Below are positions 11,914 to 24,850 of a stretch of 64,000 nucleotides of DNA, in pieces; position 1 is the stretch's first letter; the number at the start of each line of letters is the position of its first letter. Source of the DNA: Magallana gigas (lineage: Eukaryota); assembly GCF_963853765.1 (NCBI RefSeq), contig NC_088853.1, positions 15,624,001 through 15,688,000 of the forward strand, read 5' to 3'. The notes beneath the pieces were generated by a model. The model saw only the letters and a list, made by a program, of their open reading frames with translations. It was not told where the DNA came from and ran no database searches. The translations under genes and the position numbers were made by a program.

Positions 11914-14900
11914 TATTGTTATACCTTTCACTTAAATTATTTACCTTAAAAGCATGTGGTTAATCTTTCTTATCCCGTCGTATCACTCTTTCTTCTCTAA
12001 ACTTTGGCTATTGCCATTCTGTCGAGTTTGAACGAAAATCAGTTAACTGTGACGTAGCGGTCAAACAATGTTGATGTTAGTTAGACCTTGTACATACATG
12101 TAACATTCGTTTTATTGGACTATTTTTGTAGGAATTATATAGGAGAATATGTATAAGGGTAACGCCTATGCTCGTTTTTCCTTTCCTAGGGTACCATGCT
12201 TTATTAGTATTTTATACACAGTGATTAAAGATATGTCTTTTCATGAGTTTTTCCTGAAAAAATATCAAATGTTTTCAAAGATTAGATTCTTAATACAAAA
12301 TTGACAACAGAACTAGTCTTCGAAGCATGAAGGCTAACCCTATTGTACAAGAATTTCAAATTATGTAAATATTTTTTTTTAATATATAACATTAAAATAC
12401 ATTATAAAAACATTTAAGTATGAAACATAGCATCATACTTTAATGCACCATGCATTTCATAATTGAGTAGATACAACGTGAAATATACATGTAGATATTA
12501 GAAATGTTCTTATAAATAACAAGGGTAGCTTTTTAAAAAGCTAAGAAAATTAGTCAGCGGAATCCAAATTTAAGGTCGAAAGTGAGTTAGCACCCTTATT
12601 TTTATGGCTGTAGGTGAGGAGATTTAAGCGTCTACTGGTGGACATACAATGCACGACTGAACATCTACTTCATACATAAAGTTGTTACTTTAACAAACAA
12701 TAAGCTCTCTGAATTTCATAGTCTCGTCGCAAACCACTGCCGATATATTACCTATCCAAACTTCCCTAACAGAGTCGGGAAGAAATACGCGGAATTCGGA
12801 GCGTTACTGCAGACGATTTTCATTGGCAGTATTCAAGTAGGACGATGCGCAGTTTGATCTAGAAACTGACCAGTTTAATAACGTCTACGAGTTTCTTTAA
12901 ATCGGACTGTCCTTTCATTCCTAGAATTCCAATCTACGCAAGCGCAATTGAAGTTTCATCCCATCTTCATTAGTAAGCCCGCAGGCTGAATAAAAACAGT
13001 CTCGAGCATATACAGCTACACAAATCATAAATAAATCTTAAACTATAGATTTAAGAGAAAGTGAAGATGATACGCTTTATCATACACAGATAAACACATG
13101 TATGTCAAAATAACAAACTGACAAAAAACACCCAAAAACTATGAAAATGTTCTTCTTAAAATGAAAGAACAAAAAATAAATTAATATTTTTTGGGGATGC
13201 AATGGGTGTTAAATATTTGTTATATTTAGAAATACAATTTTAAAAAAAGCTAAAAAAGGTTGAACAAACAGACGTTTAGTGTGAAAATAAATGTATCTAG
13301 GTTTCTATATGATCGGTTTGATATTCTATATATTTATTTCCTATATGCTTGCAAACAATCTCTTGGACTCTTCATCGTCATCTCTATAATTACAAAACAA
13401 AATATCATAATGAAACAGGTTTCAGGGGTTAAGGTATAAAAAACCATATATCTATATCTCAATAATAAAATAAAAATACTCTAATTTACATCATAACTTG
13501 TAAGGCATAACTAATCAATTAACATTTGACTAAATCACGATAATGCATTCATTGCATAGGTACTGGTGTACCGTTGAGATGTATTCCTCTTGTATATCGT
13601 CTGAAACCCACCGTTAAAAGAGGTATTGCCATCTGCACGTTGGTATTGTATATCTAGAGATATTCATTAGATATTTTATAATGATTAGTATCAAACGTAC
13701 GTGCATGCTGAATAAATAATTCTGCTTAATGCAGACATTTGTGGTGTTTTAATATGCCAAGTGGTGAATTACATTAACTGTGATTTAAACAGACTATTTA
13801 TCGAGACACGTGCTTAAAATATTTATTAATTTAATAATTTATTACAGATTTTTCTTTAAACTAAAATCATTATTAATGAACATCTAGTTAATCAACTACA
13901 ATATGATTCTCTTTAGTTATATGTATGTAAAGTAATATGTCCATCCTATTAACATGCGTTTAAGTACATTGTTCTACATAAGTATTTAATCTGAAATATT
14001 TCCTTTGTACGATGGGCGTTCAATAAATAATGTCACTAATCAGGTTCCATTAAATACAGGGTTCAGTTGAACTTTGAATATCTTTTCACGCATAATATGG
14101 TTAATACACTATTTATGGTCGTTTATATGACAATGTTTCCTCATCGAGTACTCCTTTGAGAAGCTAATCGAAACACAGTATGGAAATATGTTTAGTAGGT
14201 CAACATTTCCCATTATAATCCTCAGTAGAAAACCTATTTTCGTTCCTGTGAATTTTAACGAGGGAAAAATGATAATGTGTGAATGAAATTATTTTAAGAT
14301 TTTTCCCTTTCATCGATTTTAATTGCACTTCTGTCACAGGTTTGTGTAATTTTCTTAAAAATCGTTCAAATATGCAGCATAATTATCTTGGGACAGACTA
14401 TAAATCTCTCAACCATAGGGTCGTTAACGTTCAGAGTTTCTGAAGGCTTTTTTGCTATCTACTGATGTAGTATCTTACAGTGTTAATTCCTAATCTGAAG
14501 AATGTGTTAGAAGAGTAACATTACATACAATGCAAAATTAAGGTATCGATTATAAAACACAAACACTTTATAAGTACTGATACTTAGTACCCAGGCTATT
14601 CTTATTGATTCTAATTGATGTTTCACTTACTTTAAAAGTGTTATTTACGCTGGTGGTTAGGTACGCGCTACCTAAGGTCAAACAATACGCGTGGGTATTA
14701 AATGCAGTTACCTGATTTACCACATTGATTTCTTGTTATCATACGTGCGTAGATATTTTAAGCGGTTACAAATTACAGCGTAACTAATGTTTTCTTTTTT
14801 CCAAGAGTGAATAAGCACTTTTGCAGTATTCATTCAGGGTATCTGTATCCTAAATATTTAAAGCTCATCTATCAGAGCTACATATATATATTATATATTT

Positions 14901-15954
14901 ATATATTACATATGTACGTATTGGTTGATCTGACTGTAAAACTAAACCAGGCGGAAATATTTCAATTATATAATTCGAAGAGTAAGTGTGGATATATTTC
15001 CTTGATTTCATTTTCACAATTTTTAAATTTCATTTAATCTTATCTTGCTCTCCTAAAAACGTTGAAACATGTATGTGAAGATGCAAATGCATATGCAAAC
15101 GCCTTGATAATAATAAGTTATAACTGTTTAGTAGGTTGGGTCAAAATGTAAAACAAGATTTTAACGGGGAAATATATGGCTTAGAATGTATGCTCATATT
15201 AAACTTTATAAATTGGGAGGGTAACTATTGCCCTCACAAACAGGTACTATTTTTTTTATTATACTGAGTCTTCCTTTTAATAAAACTATTCCATATAACA
15301 ATTCAAATTATCAAAAGTATTTAAAATGAATACTTCCAATCAAGCACAAAACATCATATCAAAATGTCAAAAAATAGGACAGATTAAAATTAAAACGCCT
15401 CTTGCATATTTGGAGTCGGCTTGCTCTTTCGTAGCGATTCTTTATTAGATGTTGAGTTTTTAACAAAAAATGCAAATATATCAGATATTCACTTCCAACA
15501 TGATATTTATAGAACAGCTAAGGACAGTGCACTTTGTGCTCATAAACGCCCTTTTTAGAATATACATAATCTTGTAATATTTGTATATTAAAAAAAGGAA
15601 AACAATTAATATGTAAGTTACCACACAGAGTGCTTGTCTATAACTTTAAAATGACACTCATCGGGGACAAGTGGTGACGCGTCCTACCTCCTCATATTAA
15701 CAATAAGGTAGAATGATTACCGGATACAAAAAAACTTAAGTTAATATCTAATGAGCATTTTAAAAGTATTTGCAAGGAAACTACAATGTTAAGGGTTCCG
15801 CTCATAAGATGTAATCTGGAGTTTTTTTTATCCGGTAATCACTTTTTCATTATTTCCGCATAAAAGAATTGGTGGGATATATAATCCGGTACATGTATGT
15901 TTTTATACTTTTTAGCGTATTGTTAAACATCACTCGATGTATTTACCTTTAGCT

Positions 15955-18900
15955 ATGCTGTCAGTGGTTGTATTGGTGGTAGTTTTGGCAATTTCCCAGG
16001 CTTATGGTGAGTTTACATGTACATACATATAATGTAATCAAATTTTGCAATTGTATTATAAAGGTAGTATATAAAATGTTCAATATTTCCTTTTTAATAT
16101 ATGACATTCTGATTAAGGCGGTTATCTACCTGTATTACTTATTGCTAGTATATTTTAAATATAATCATTAATTCACCTATTTACTCACTAATTTTTGTTT
16201 GGCATTTTGACAAATCATATTTACAATTATTCCTGATACATTCTTACATTTTTAGAAACTATTTAAGATCAATACATTAGGATAGTTTGTAATTTGATAT
16301 TAAAGGACAATAAATATGAGGACCAATAAAAAAAACCACACAATTCAATGAGACTGTTAACGAAATGTCATTAATATGAAAATGTTAATTTAAATATTAT
16401 CTGATTATGAAAATTTAACTAATGTTGTTTATGTTGGGATGTGCTTATGTTGACAGATAACATCGCCCTCAACAAATCAACATACCAGCAGTCCCCATAC
16501 ATACCAGGTGACGACACGTATGACGCCAGTAACGCTGTGGACGGACGTAAATCTGACTTAAGCTGGGGCGGCGGTCAATGTGCAGCATCATTGCATTCAA
16601 CAACAGCTATCTGGTGGGTGAACCTGACCACCATTCATAGCATCCATCACATTACTATATACTTCAGAACGGACAACGAAGGTAAAATTTACAGTCAATT
16701 TAGTATTGGTAATAATGAAAAGTATAGTATAAAAATGTAAATCAATACGCTTTATGTTTTGGTATTTGGATTTATCAATTTACCGAATATTTTAAACTTT
16801 ATTACTGTGTGTTTGAAATGTCTAATTCCTGAATATTTTGTAGCGTGTGATACCACTCAATTAAACAGCGTTCATTTAATTGTATAGAGCTAAAATTAAT
16901 ATTTTTTTCTTTTTGGAAGTATTGCACATTGTTCTTTTTGCGACCAGAAAAAATATACATGCAGAGGGATATTCCTTTCAATCATGATAAACTTAATAAG
17001 CATGTTGAAGAGTGAATTTATTTGAAATTTGATATTCTAAGTTATGGGTGCATGGAAAATTTGTAATATATATCGACTAAAATATAGTTGGTTAACCGAC
17101 TTGTAGTCATCAATGTAAGGCAATCACATGCATAATCTTATTTTTCATTGGATCCATAACGTCTTGTACAGGTTTCTGGTACTGGAAGAATCTTGCAGGC
17201 TATTATCTTGGATTCTCTGTGTATATCTCCGATACTACTGATATAGCACAGGGAACGTTGTGTTTCAAGGACAACAACTTCACAATAAACACAATGCCTC
17301 CTGTCTTTACAACAAACTGTTTTGTTCATGGACAATATGTCATATACTATAACGAAAGACTACCAGAAGTTGCCTACCCTGACGCTTACAAAGATGATAT
17401 AGCTATTAACCTCTGTGAAGTAGAGGTATATGGTGAGTGTTTTGTATAAGTGTATTGATATCTTGAAATACGTTTATCTTTGCATTTATAACAGTGAATA
17501 TGTTGTGTATTTTCAAATATATTGCATAGTATAGTGTTTTATAATTGGGATGTTTTATATGGTAAGAACATGTACGTTTTTTCAGAAATTATGATTATTT
17601 ATCGTTGATATTTTATGAACTAAACTTAATTACTTTTTGTTTTTGTTAATAACAAAATGCATTCGTTTAAGGTAATATGGCACACTTCCATGATGTAGTA
17701 TTGTTTTTCAAAATAAACAATAAAATCAAGTGTAATTTTATAAGTATTTTCTTTCCCATTATTGTCACCTAACATGGTAACGCAGTGGGTTAGTGGGTTA
17801 ACTATGAATTTGTAAGTCCTGAGTTCGAATCCCGCTCGGGGTTTTACAATTTTAATTTTTCCAAATATTTTTAAAGGCTATTTTTTTTGGTTAAATATTG
17901 TGAAGTTTGAAAATTCTAAACCGACGAAAGTATCTCAATTATAGTGTACTTAAATCCACATTAATATCGACATACGTCCCTTACCACCTTAACGCGTACA
18001 CTTGTCAAAAAAAAAAAACAGAAGAAACAAATATGTATGTTCAAGAAAAGTTTGTTTGCTGTATCTCATGCTCAGTGTTGTTTATTGTATTTTTCATCTC
18101 TATTTTTAATATCATTGCATTGAAAAATGGATATATGTCCGTATTGTTACTTTTAGTATTATTATGAATATTACTTTCATTCCATTTTTAATCATTGTTA
18201 AAAGTTAAAAACAAATACAACTATTGATTTTTCTATTACTCACTGATCTTTTAGCGTAGTTTTTTTTGTGTGTGCAAATACACATACATAAATGCGATTT
18301 ATTGCAGGAAATTGGTAATCAATATAATTCAAAAGAAAAACAAATTCTTATAAATCACATTTGCTGTACAGGATGCCATAAAACAGGATATTACACATCG
18401 AACTGTTCAATTCCCTGTCCAGACGTTAACTGTCAGCACTGTCACATAGAGACGGGAGCCTGTCAGGGCTGTAAACCTGGGCAGCAATGTGAATTAGGTA
18501 AATATAGTGTAATGAATGTCATATTTTTTTGTAATCTATAACACAGAGAAACTATTGCATATTCTTTGTCTTTCATAATGTATTTGAAAAAAAAAACACA
18601 ACAGTTATAACTTTACGATCGTTGAAGAATGTGACAGAGGTTTTTTTGGCATTGGATGCAATGAAAAATGTGGTCACTGTCGTGATGAATACCAATGCTC
18701 CAATGAAAGCGGGGTTTGCTTGACCGGGTGTGGTGCTGGTTATAAAGGGGACTTGTGTAAAACACGTGAGTAAACAATTTGGTAATGTACGTGCTTAATA
18801 GCTAACAGCACATCAACAATTATCATAATGGCGCGAGCAAAAATGTTAAATCACATCAAGATATGTTTTCTTTCATTACACGACGTGTTAAGATTTTTGG

Positions 18901-21900
18901 AATGATTATTTTTTCTTATTTTCTGGTTATTTAATTTAATGTATAATGTTTTGTCTATGTTGTGACTAACACAATTAAGCACAAAAATAAAAATGCATTT
19001 AGAAATTTAAAAAACGGCTATATACCCCATCCCCGCAAGTGAATCCACTTGATACTTAAGTGTTATATCAAGTACGATACTTGTTAAATAATCTTTTTTA
19101 TTTAAATTAACTTCTTTCCGGTATTTCTTAATAGTCATATCTATTTAGTAATTTCCAGTTTGAACGATCACTACATGTTTTAGGACTATTATGTTAAATA
19201 ATCAGTATCTTAAGAAGTTCTAGTCCGGGCCATAATCACAATCTTTTTTTCAATAAATCTCTTTTGTTTTACAGTTTATTTAAGAAATAAACAACGTTAT
19301 TTAGTGAATATGGCGTTATGAATAGCAATTGCTCTGTTCGCATATTCCATGATGCATATGATGAATCTCTGCCATTCAGTCAACTGAATAAAAACTGAAT
19401 GGTCTGGAAAGGTGACTGAATGGCACACATATGCCATTCAGTCACATTTCAGTTACCTTTCAGTCACCTTTCAATTGACTGAATGGCAGAGATTCATCCT
19501 GTGATGCGCGCTAGTGCATCATGCAAAATATGCCAGCCGAGCAGATGCTATTCATAAAGCCATGTTCACTAAATAGTCGTTTTTTATTACTTATATTTGC
19601 ATTTTACCACTCGCAAATACCCTGCATTAGCTTACACCTTGACATTAAGCTATTGCATCAAAAATTAACATTTAGACTTTAATGCATCTTTTAAATTCAC
19701 ATAGATTTGTTAACAGAATCAATGATATGTTATTTAACAGTAATTCCTTTAAAATGTTATTATATCCTCGTGTGCCCAGTAGTCGTGCGCTTAAGAAATA
19801 ATCTGATTTATTGAGCGGTTAAATTAAATTAAGGATTATTTGTCAAGATAATTAAACTTACTGAACTGTATTCTGATTTTCTGTGTATCTAAAATACATT
19901 AAAGTGCTTTAAACAGATAATTATCGAGGCCGAAACGAAGCGAGGAATTATGGTCGCCATCTTTGTTTGGAACCAGTAGTCGTGCACCCGGATATGTAAG
20001 CAAAAATGAGGCCAAGAAAAGTAAATTTTGTGTAGTTGGTAACTTTTTCATTTTGATGTCACAAATAACATATCAAATATATTCTTAAATATCAACATAT
20101 TCCAACAAATGCTATGAAAATTTAACAATAAGTTAAATAAATATATATATATATCCTTTATGTTTGCTCTTGAAGAGAAGGTAGTATGTAAGAGAGAGAA
20201 AGAGTGTGAAAGTGAGAATGCCAAAAAAAATTCTTATATATATTACCTTTTTTATGAAATCATATATGATTGTGAAAATGAAAACAAAAAAATAAATTAT
20301 AAAAAAAAAAAAAATAAGTTAAATAAATTATGTTTCATAATCTTGGTGAATTTCATCATTTCACAACTTATGATACAGTCATATACAGGTTAATTTGTAT
20401 TTCAAGATAACAGATATTTGATACTATCTTAAGAATCACATTAATTTATCAAGACCAAGGTATACACAAATTTGAAACTTAAATTCTACTCTATTTACAG
20501 TGAGGGCATAGATAGTGATCCCCTATCCGGACTACTCTGATGTCAGTGCAGTAATTTAAGTGCACCCAATGTCTACATTTGTCACACTGTACCCACTTTA
20601 CAAAAATAAGGGATGTGCTATTTCGAACAGCATGTGGGGTGAACATTTTACAGATACAACACAATTCTTCCTCCGAAATAGAGATGTCCTCAGAGTCTTC
20701 GGATAGGAAGTATTGCATTGAAGATGTGTTGTCAATTGGCTGCACATTGGAGGGTCCAGGTTCCTGTGAATGACCTTTTGTTTGAGGAGATGTTTTACTC
20801 TTCTTGTTTCCACACTTTGGACTTTTACCATTCTTCGTAGAGGTGGTAGAGAGTGTCTGATTTTTTATGTTTTTTCTTTGTTTTGGGGCTGCTGCTGCTG
20901 AAACATGTTCCATAATTTTCGCTGATACCTCCGGCTCAGTAATTGCTCTGCCTGATTTAATCTTGCTCAAGGTTTTGCGTTCTTTTTTGGCCTTTAATCC
21001 CTCTGATTTTATACGAACAAGCTCTCTAGTTCGCTCTGCAAAAAAATCCTGACTGTTGTTGTTTTCATCTGCATCCATATCAGAGTCGCTCTTGTCTTCT
21101 TCCTCGTTCCTTTGAGTCAATACCGAAGAAGGGGCAAGAGCTTCTGCTGGCACCACATCAGCATTAAAAGGATAAATTCCACACTTGCGGAAGGCAGACT
21201 GAAGATTTTGAGCTGATAAAGCTTTGCTGTATGCCTGGCATGCTAGGGCACAGATATCCTGTTTGGTGATTACTGTTGATGTTGCTCTCATCTTTTGGTG
21301 GCACAAATTGTTATAAATTTTCTGTAAAGGGCCATAGCAACCAACATCCATGGGCTGAAGAATATGACTAGTGTGCGCTGGCAAAACATGCAACACGATA
21401 TTGTGTTCCTTTGCCCATTCAACAGCTGCAACTGAAACGTGAGACCTATGTCCATCTAATAGCAGCAGAACTGGTTCATCGAGTCCACCAGGAACATAAT
21501 GAACAAAGTGGCTCTGTAAATACTGAAGAAATATAACAGAGTTTGACCATCCACTCTCTGTGACATCACCAGCTGCTCCAGGTGTTGAGCCTTCCATCAA
21601 CTCGGACCTCATCCGCATACCAGGAAAGACAAAATATGGTGGAATGGCAACCCCAGAGGCACTACCACATCCCAGAATGGTAACCGTAGAGGATTTACCT
21701 GTTGTTACAGCTTGTGGCGTGTCTCCAGTGCCGGATACCACATGAGGATGTGCATGGTTGAGTGTGATCCCCTTCTCGTCCACATTAAAAATTCTATGGG
21801 GCTTATCAAATAAGTTGTACTTTGTGAGGATCGACGACAGTTCAACAAAGTATCGTTGTACATTTCCTGGATTCGATGATTTTGCGCGTTGATACTCCAA

Positions 21901-24147
21901 TGCCCGTGGCTTAACAACCTTCAGATCTGGCCAACGCTTCATGAACCCTCTAAACCATTTTAATGTGAGAGGTTTCTGCTGCTTGGTTCTCTTGTGTAGC
22001 TGAATGGCATAGTCAGATGCCATATTGGTCACCTCTTTTCGGGTATACCCATAACCAAATGAGGCCATTGCTTTCAAATGCGAAACAAGCATAGCCTCCT
22101 CTTCTTGTCCAAGCAATGGTGCTGGCCCCATAGTTACCTTCTCCAGGTCTACCTTCCCTTTGACTCGGTCGCGAAGAGTTTGGGTTGGGACATTATACTG
22201 CTTTGCAGCTTTGCGAACACTTGTCCCTTTTTCTTTGACAGCTAGATATGCATTTATGAGTCGAGTTGGACTGTACTGTCTGAATTTAATTTTGGGTTTT
22301 TTCTTTGGGATCTAAAAATATGAAAAGGGATCTTTAATTTGACTTTTTAATTTTTCTTCTTAATACAAAGGAATTATTCTATTCAATGAATAGAATATTG
22401 AACATTTCTTACAGATTTAAACTGGACAAATATTTCCTGATTAAAATGTAAAATCATTCAAATAATTTCTTTTTTGTATAGTAAATAAAAATTCAAATAT
22501 TTTTTAATTCAAATTAAAGGTATAAAAGTGTTTTTCCCTCAATTAAAATTATTGTTTTTAGCCCCTCTCTCAATTAAATTTATTCCTGCGTTATAATTAC
22601 GTCTACAAAAAATGTAAGGAATATGAACATTTTCATAACCCAACAATTAAAATGTTTGGCCTGTAGAAACAATCGATACACATTGTGACCTCTACATTTG
22701 GATATGCTAATTAGCCATGTGCCTTTCATGTCTGGAATGTACGCTTCAACCCAGAAAACATGCATTTTTATAAATAGTAAATTTGGTATTAACAAAATGG
22801 CGGATATTTTACATAAAATATATGTTTGTATAATTTCCTACCTGTTTATTCCGCATATTTAACTCTTCGTTTCTGTTTATACGCACTTGATATCAGCCGT
22901 TTATGACGTAATATTTTGGCACGTGACCAAATACGACAACAAACAAGATGGCGCACGACTACAGGGCACGCACGACTATAGGACCTTCAACCATAAGACA
23001 TGTTTTAATTAAATACATCAATTTTATGGAGTTGGAGAAGAACACATAATGTATCGTTTAAAATGGTTTAAATCTATAACGTAATGGAAAAGTATATGAC
23101 GTCATACCTTTATGACGTCATAGTATACAGACAGAGCAATTGCGATTATAGAAAAACAATTGTAGTCTCCGTATGGACTCATAGTGGGAAAGAACAATGG
23201 ATATGCAAATATAATCATGTGTTCACATCAGTATATTCTGAGGCTACAAGACATATACACAGGTGGCCAGTTTTCACACCTTGCCGCGGTCGCTCTGTCG
23301 TCTGCATAGTCTGAGCGTTGTCTGTTAGTTCTGAGGGTTTTCTTGATCCCAGACTATCAAAAGAATTTAGTCTGCACACGTTAAAGATACAGTACTCTGT
23401 CCATCATACACATTAATTTATAGCTTGAACTTCAATTAAGAAAAGGGACAAAAGCACAACCTTTTAATTAATGAGGGATAATCAATCAATGCATAAATAG
23501 CCGCTGCTCAAATTACCGCATGTAGTTCTTAACATGTGCATGAATAGTAGTTATCAAAAATCACAGCAAACGTCAGTTTGTATCAGTAAATATCAGTACC
23601 CACAGAAATTTTGAGTAACAGTACAATTATCAGTTATTATCAGCAATTCTCAAAAATAACAGTACAATATCAGTAAATATAAGAAATTATCAGTGGAAAA
23701 TGGCACTTTTAGTACTTTTAGAGCCACTAGTACTCTATCATTTTACCTTTACATTATTTTTTTTTATTTTAAATGTTTAAAAAAAAATTTAATTGCAGAT
23801 TTAATTGCATGTTATATCAGACAATGTCATTCAGCATTTAACTCAATTGATCATAGCATAGTTTGAAAATTCCACATTAGAATCTCATACCACATCATTA
23901 GCATTGCATGCTTTACACAATATAATACCCAAGAGGCTGTCTGTGAGCTATCATGTATCGTACAAACATCCACACCTGACATATTTGTATGTTCTTTTTA
24001 CCGTTTAAGGATGTGACAAAGGATCGTATGGCATTGGGTGTAATAAAACATGTGGACACTGTCGTGATCTGAACCAATGCTCCAATGTCAATGGAACTTG
24101 CTTAACCGGGTGTGGGACTGGTTATCAAGGAGATTTATGTAAACCAC
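15955..24147 (+). CDS. Secreted/cell-surface galactose-binding (F5/8C, fucolectin-like) + EGF-repeat protein (MEGF10/SCARF-like bivalve family); 3' end not resolved
   Basis: Phase-1 exons: 15955-16006 (signal peptide MLSVVVLVVVLAISQAY), 16457-16681 (DNIALNKSTYQQ...ASNAVDG...WWVNL), 17172-17432 (GFSVYIS...GQYVIYYNER...LCEVEVYG), 18372-18497 (GCHKTGYYTSNCSIPCPDVNCQHCHIETGACQGCKPG), 18628-18765 and 24010-24147 (two 138-nt CxxGxxGxxCxxxCGHC...C...GC EGF exons). All have AG/GT borders. Confidence 0.85.
17766..18005 (+). mobile_element. tRNA-derived SINE-like repeat in an intron
   Basis: A-box-like TGGTAACGCAGTGG (17775-17788) and B-box GAGTTCGAATCCC (17821-17833), followed by an AT-rich body. The 3' boundary is approximate. 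Confidence 0.55.
19360..19498. repeat. 139-bp foldback element made of (G)ACTGAATGG subrepeats
   Basis: GATGAATCTCTGCCATTCAGTCAACTGAA ... TTCAATTGACTGAATGGCAGAGATTCATC. The subrepeat resembles those in the arrays at 27965-28150 and 43722-43960. Confidence 0.75.
19765..22976 (-). mobile_element. Autonomous-type pogo-superfamily (Fot/Passer-like DD35D) DNA transposon, antisense in an intron of the EGF-repeat gene
   Basis: Inverted repeat core GTGCCCAGTAGTCGTGCGC (19772-19790) versus GCGCACGACTACAGGGCAC (22951-22969), 18/19. Extending 7 nt outward reaches TA on both sides (19763-64, 22977-78). The outer 7 nt match poorly, so the exact ends are uncertain. Confidence 0.7.
20491..22856 (-). CDS. 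Transposase: HTH_psq + CENP-B HTH + DDE_1 (DD35D) + C-terminal PHD finger; two exons, ~611 aa
   Basis: The ORF extends 60 codons upstream of the track's ATG (IPKKKPKIKFRQYSPTRLINAYLAVKEKGTSVRKAAKQYNVPTQTLRDRVKG, psq-type) to an AG acceptor at 22312-13. A candidate exon 1, 22856-22842 (MRNKQ|GTAGGA), is phase-compatible. Catalytic triad FNVDEKG / LLDGHRSH / QPMDVG with 35 residues between D2 and D3. C4HC3 PHD: CCICK...WVQCDKCRHWVHLNYC...YLCPHC. Confidence 0.9.
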
Positions 24148-24339
24148 GTGAGTAGACAACTACCAAGGTACATGCTAAGCTGGCACTTTATCATTATTAA
24201 AACAAATTAATAAAATTAATTATAATGACGCGAGTTTATGGTTAAAAAAGGTTACATCACATCAAGAATTTTAGTTTCAATTACGCGATGGGATTAATAC
24301 ATGTAGTGATAACAAAAACATATTTACAATAATCTTAAG

Positions 24340-24440
24340 AAACACATAGAACAGTCGTAGCCTAAGAAAGTACCTCCATATCAATGGTACATGTTTAACT
24401 GGATTTGATCAAGGTTATCAAGGAGGATTGTGCCGGATAA
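24340..24440 (+). pseudogene. Decayed third copy of the 138-nt EGF exon
   Basis: ...LHINGTCLTGFDQGYQGGLCRI|GTGAGT aligns to exon 24010-24147. The 5' part is missing, there is a 1-nt deletion, and several Cys are lost. Confidence 0.7.
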
Positions 24441-24704
24441 GTGAGTACACAACACATCTGAAACACGCATTCTGATTAGATAGATAGATAGATGTGGATC
24501 GCTTTATGACTATATCGATTATTATTGGGGTTTTTATGTTAGGTTTCAACAAATAGGCAATACCAACAGTATTAATGGGGTTAATCATTTGCCTTCATAA
24601 TATTATTTACATGTAGAAAACGTTTTCGATCTTATATCATTAATTCTATTATATCATCTACCGTTAATATAAGAATCAACTTTAGCTTGCGTTATTCAGT
24701 GTTA

Positions 24705-24850
24705 GACCGGTCTGTAGAGGATACTCACTCCTCCATGGCACCTGATCCCACCTCTATTTTTTTAGCGGTCCGTGTTGCTCTGCTTTGAATTTGTATTTCG
24801 TTATATTGATTTTTGAGACAGTTGACAGTTTTTTATTATCATTTTTTCAC
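24705..24850 (+). mobile_element. Fragment of an abundant oyster-type retroelement 3' tail
   Basis: GAGGATACTCACTCCTCCATGGCACCTGATCCCACCTCT resembles a repeat tail I recall from oyster genomes; not verified. Confidence 0.35.

Noticed and set aside
12718-13005. GC-richer block starting TAGTCTCG with a death-fold-like peptide (KKYAEFGALLQT)
   Set aside because: No matching right TIR and the similarity is too short; not callable.
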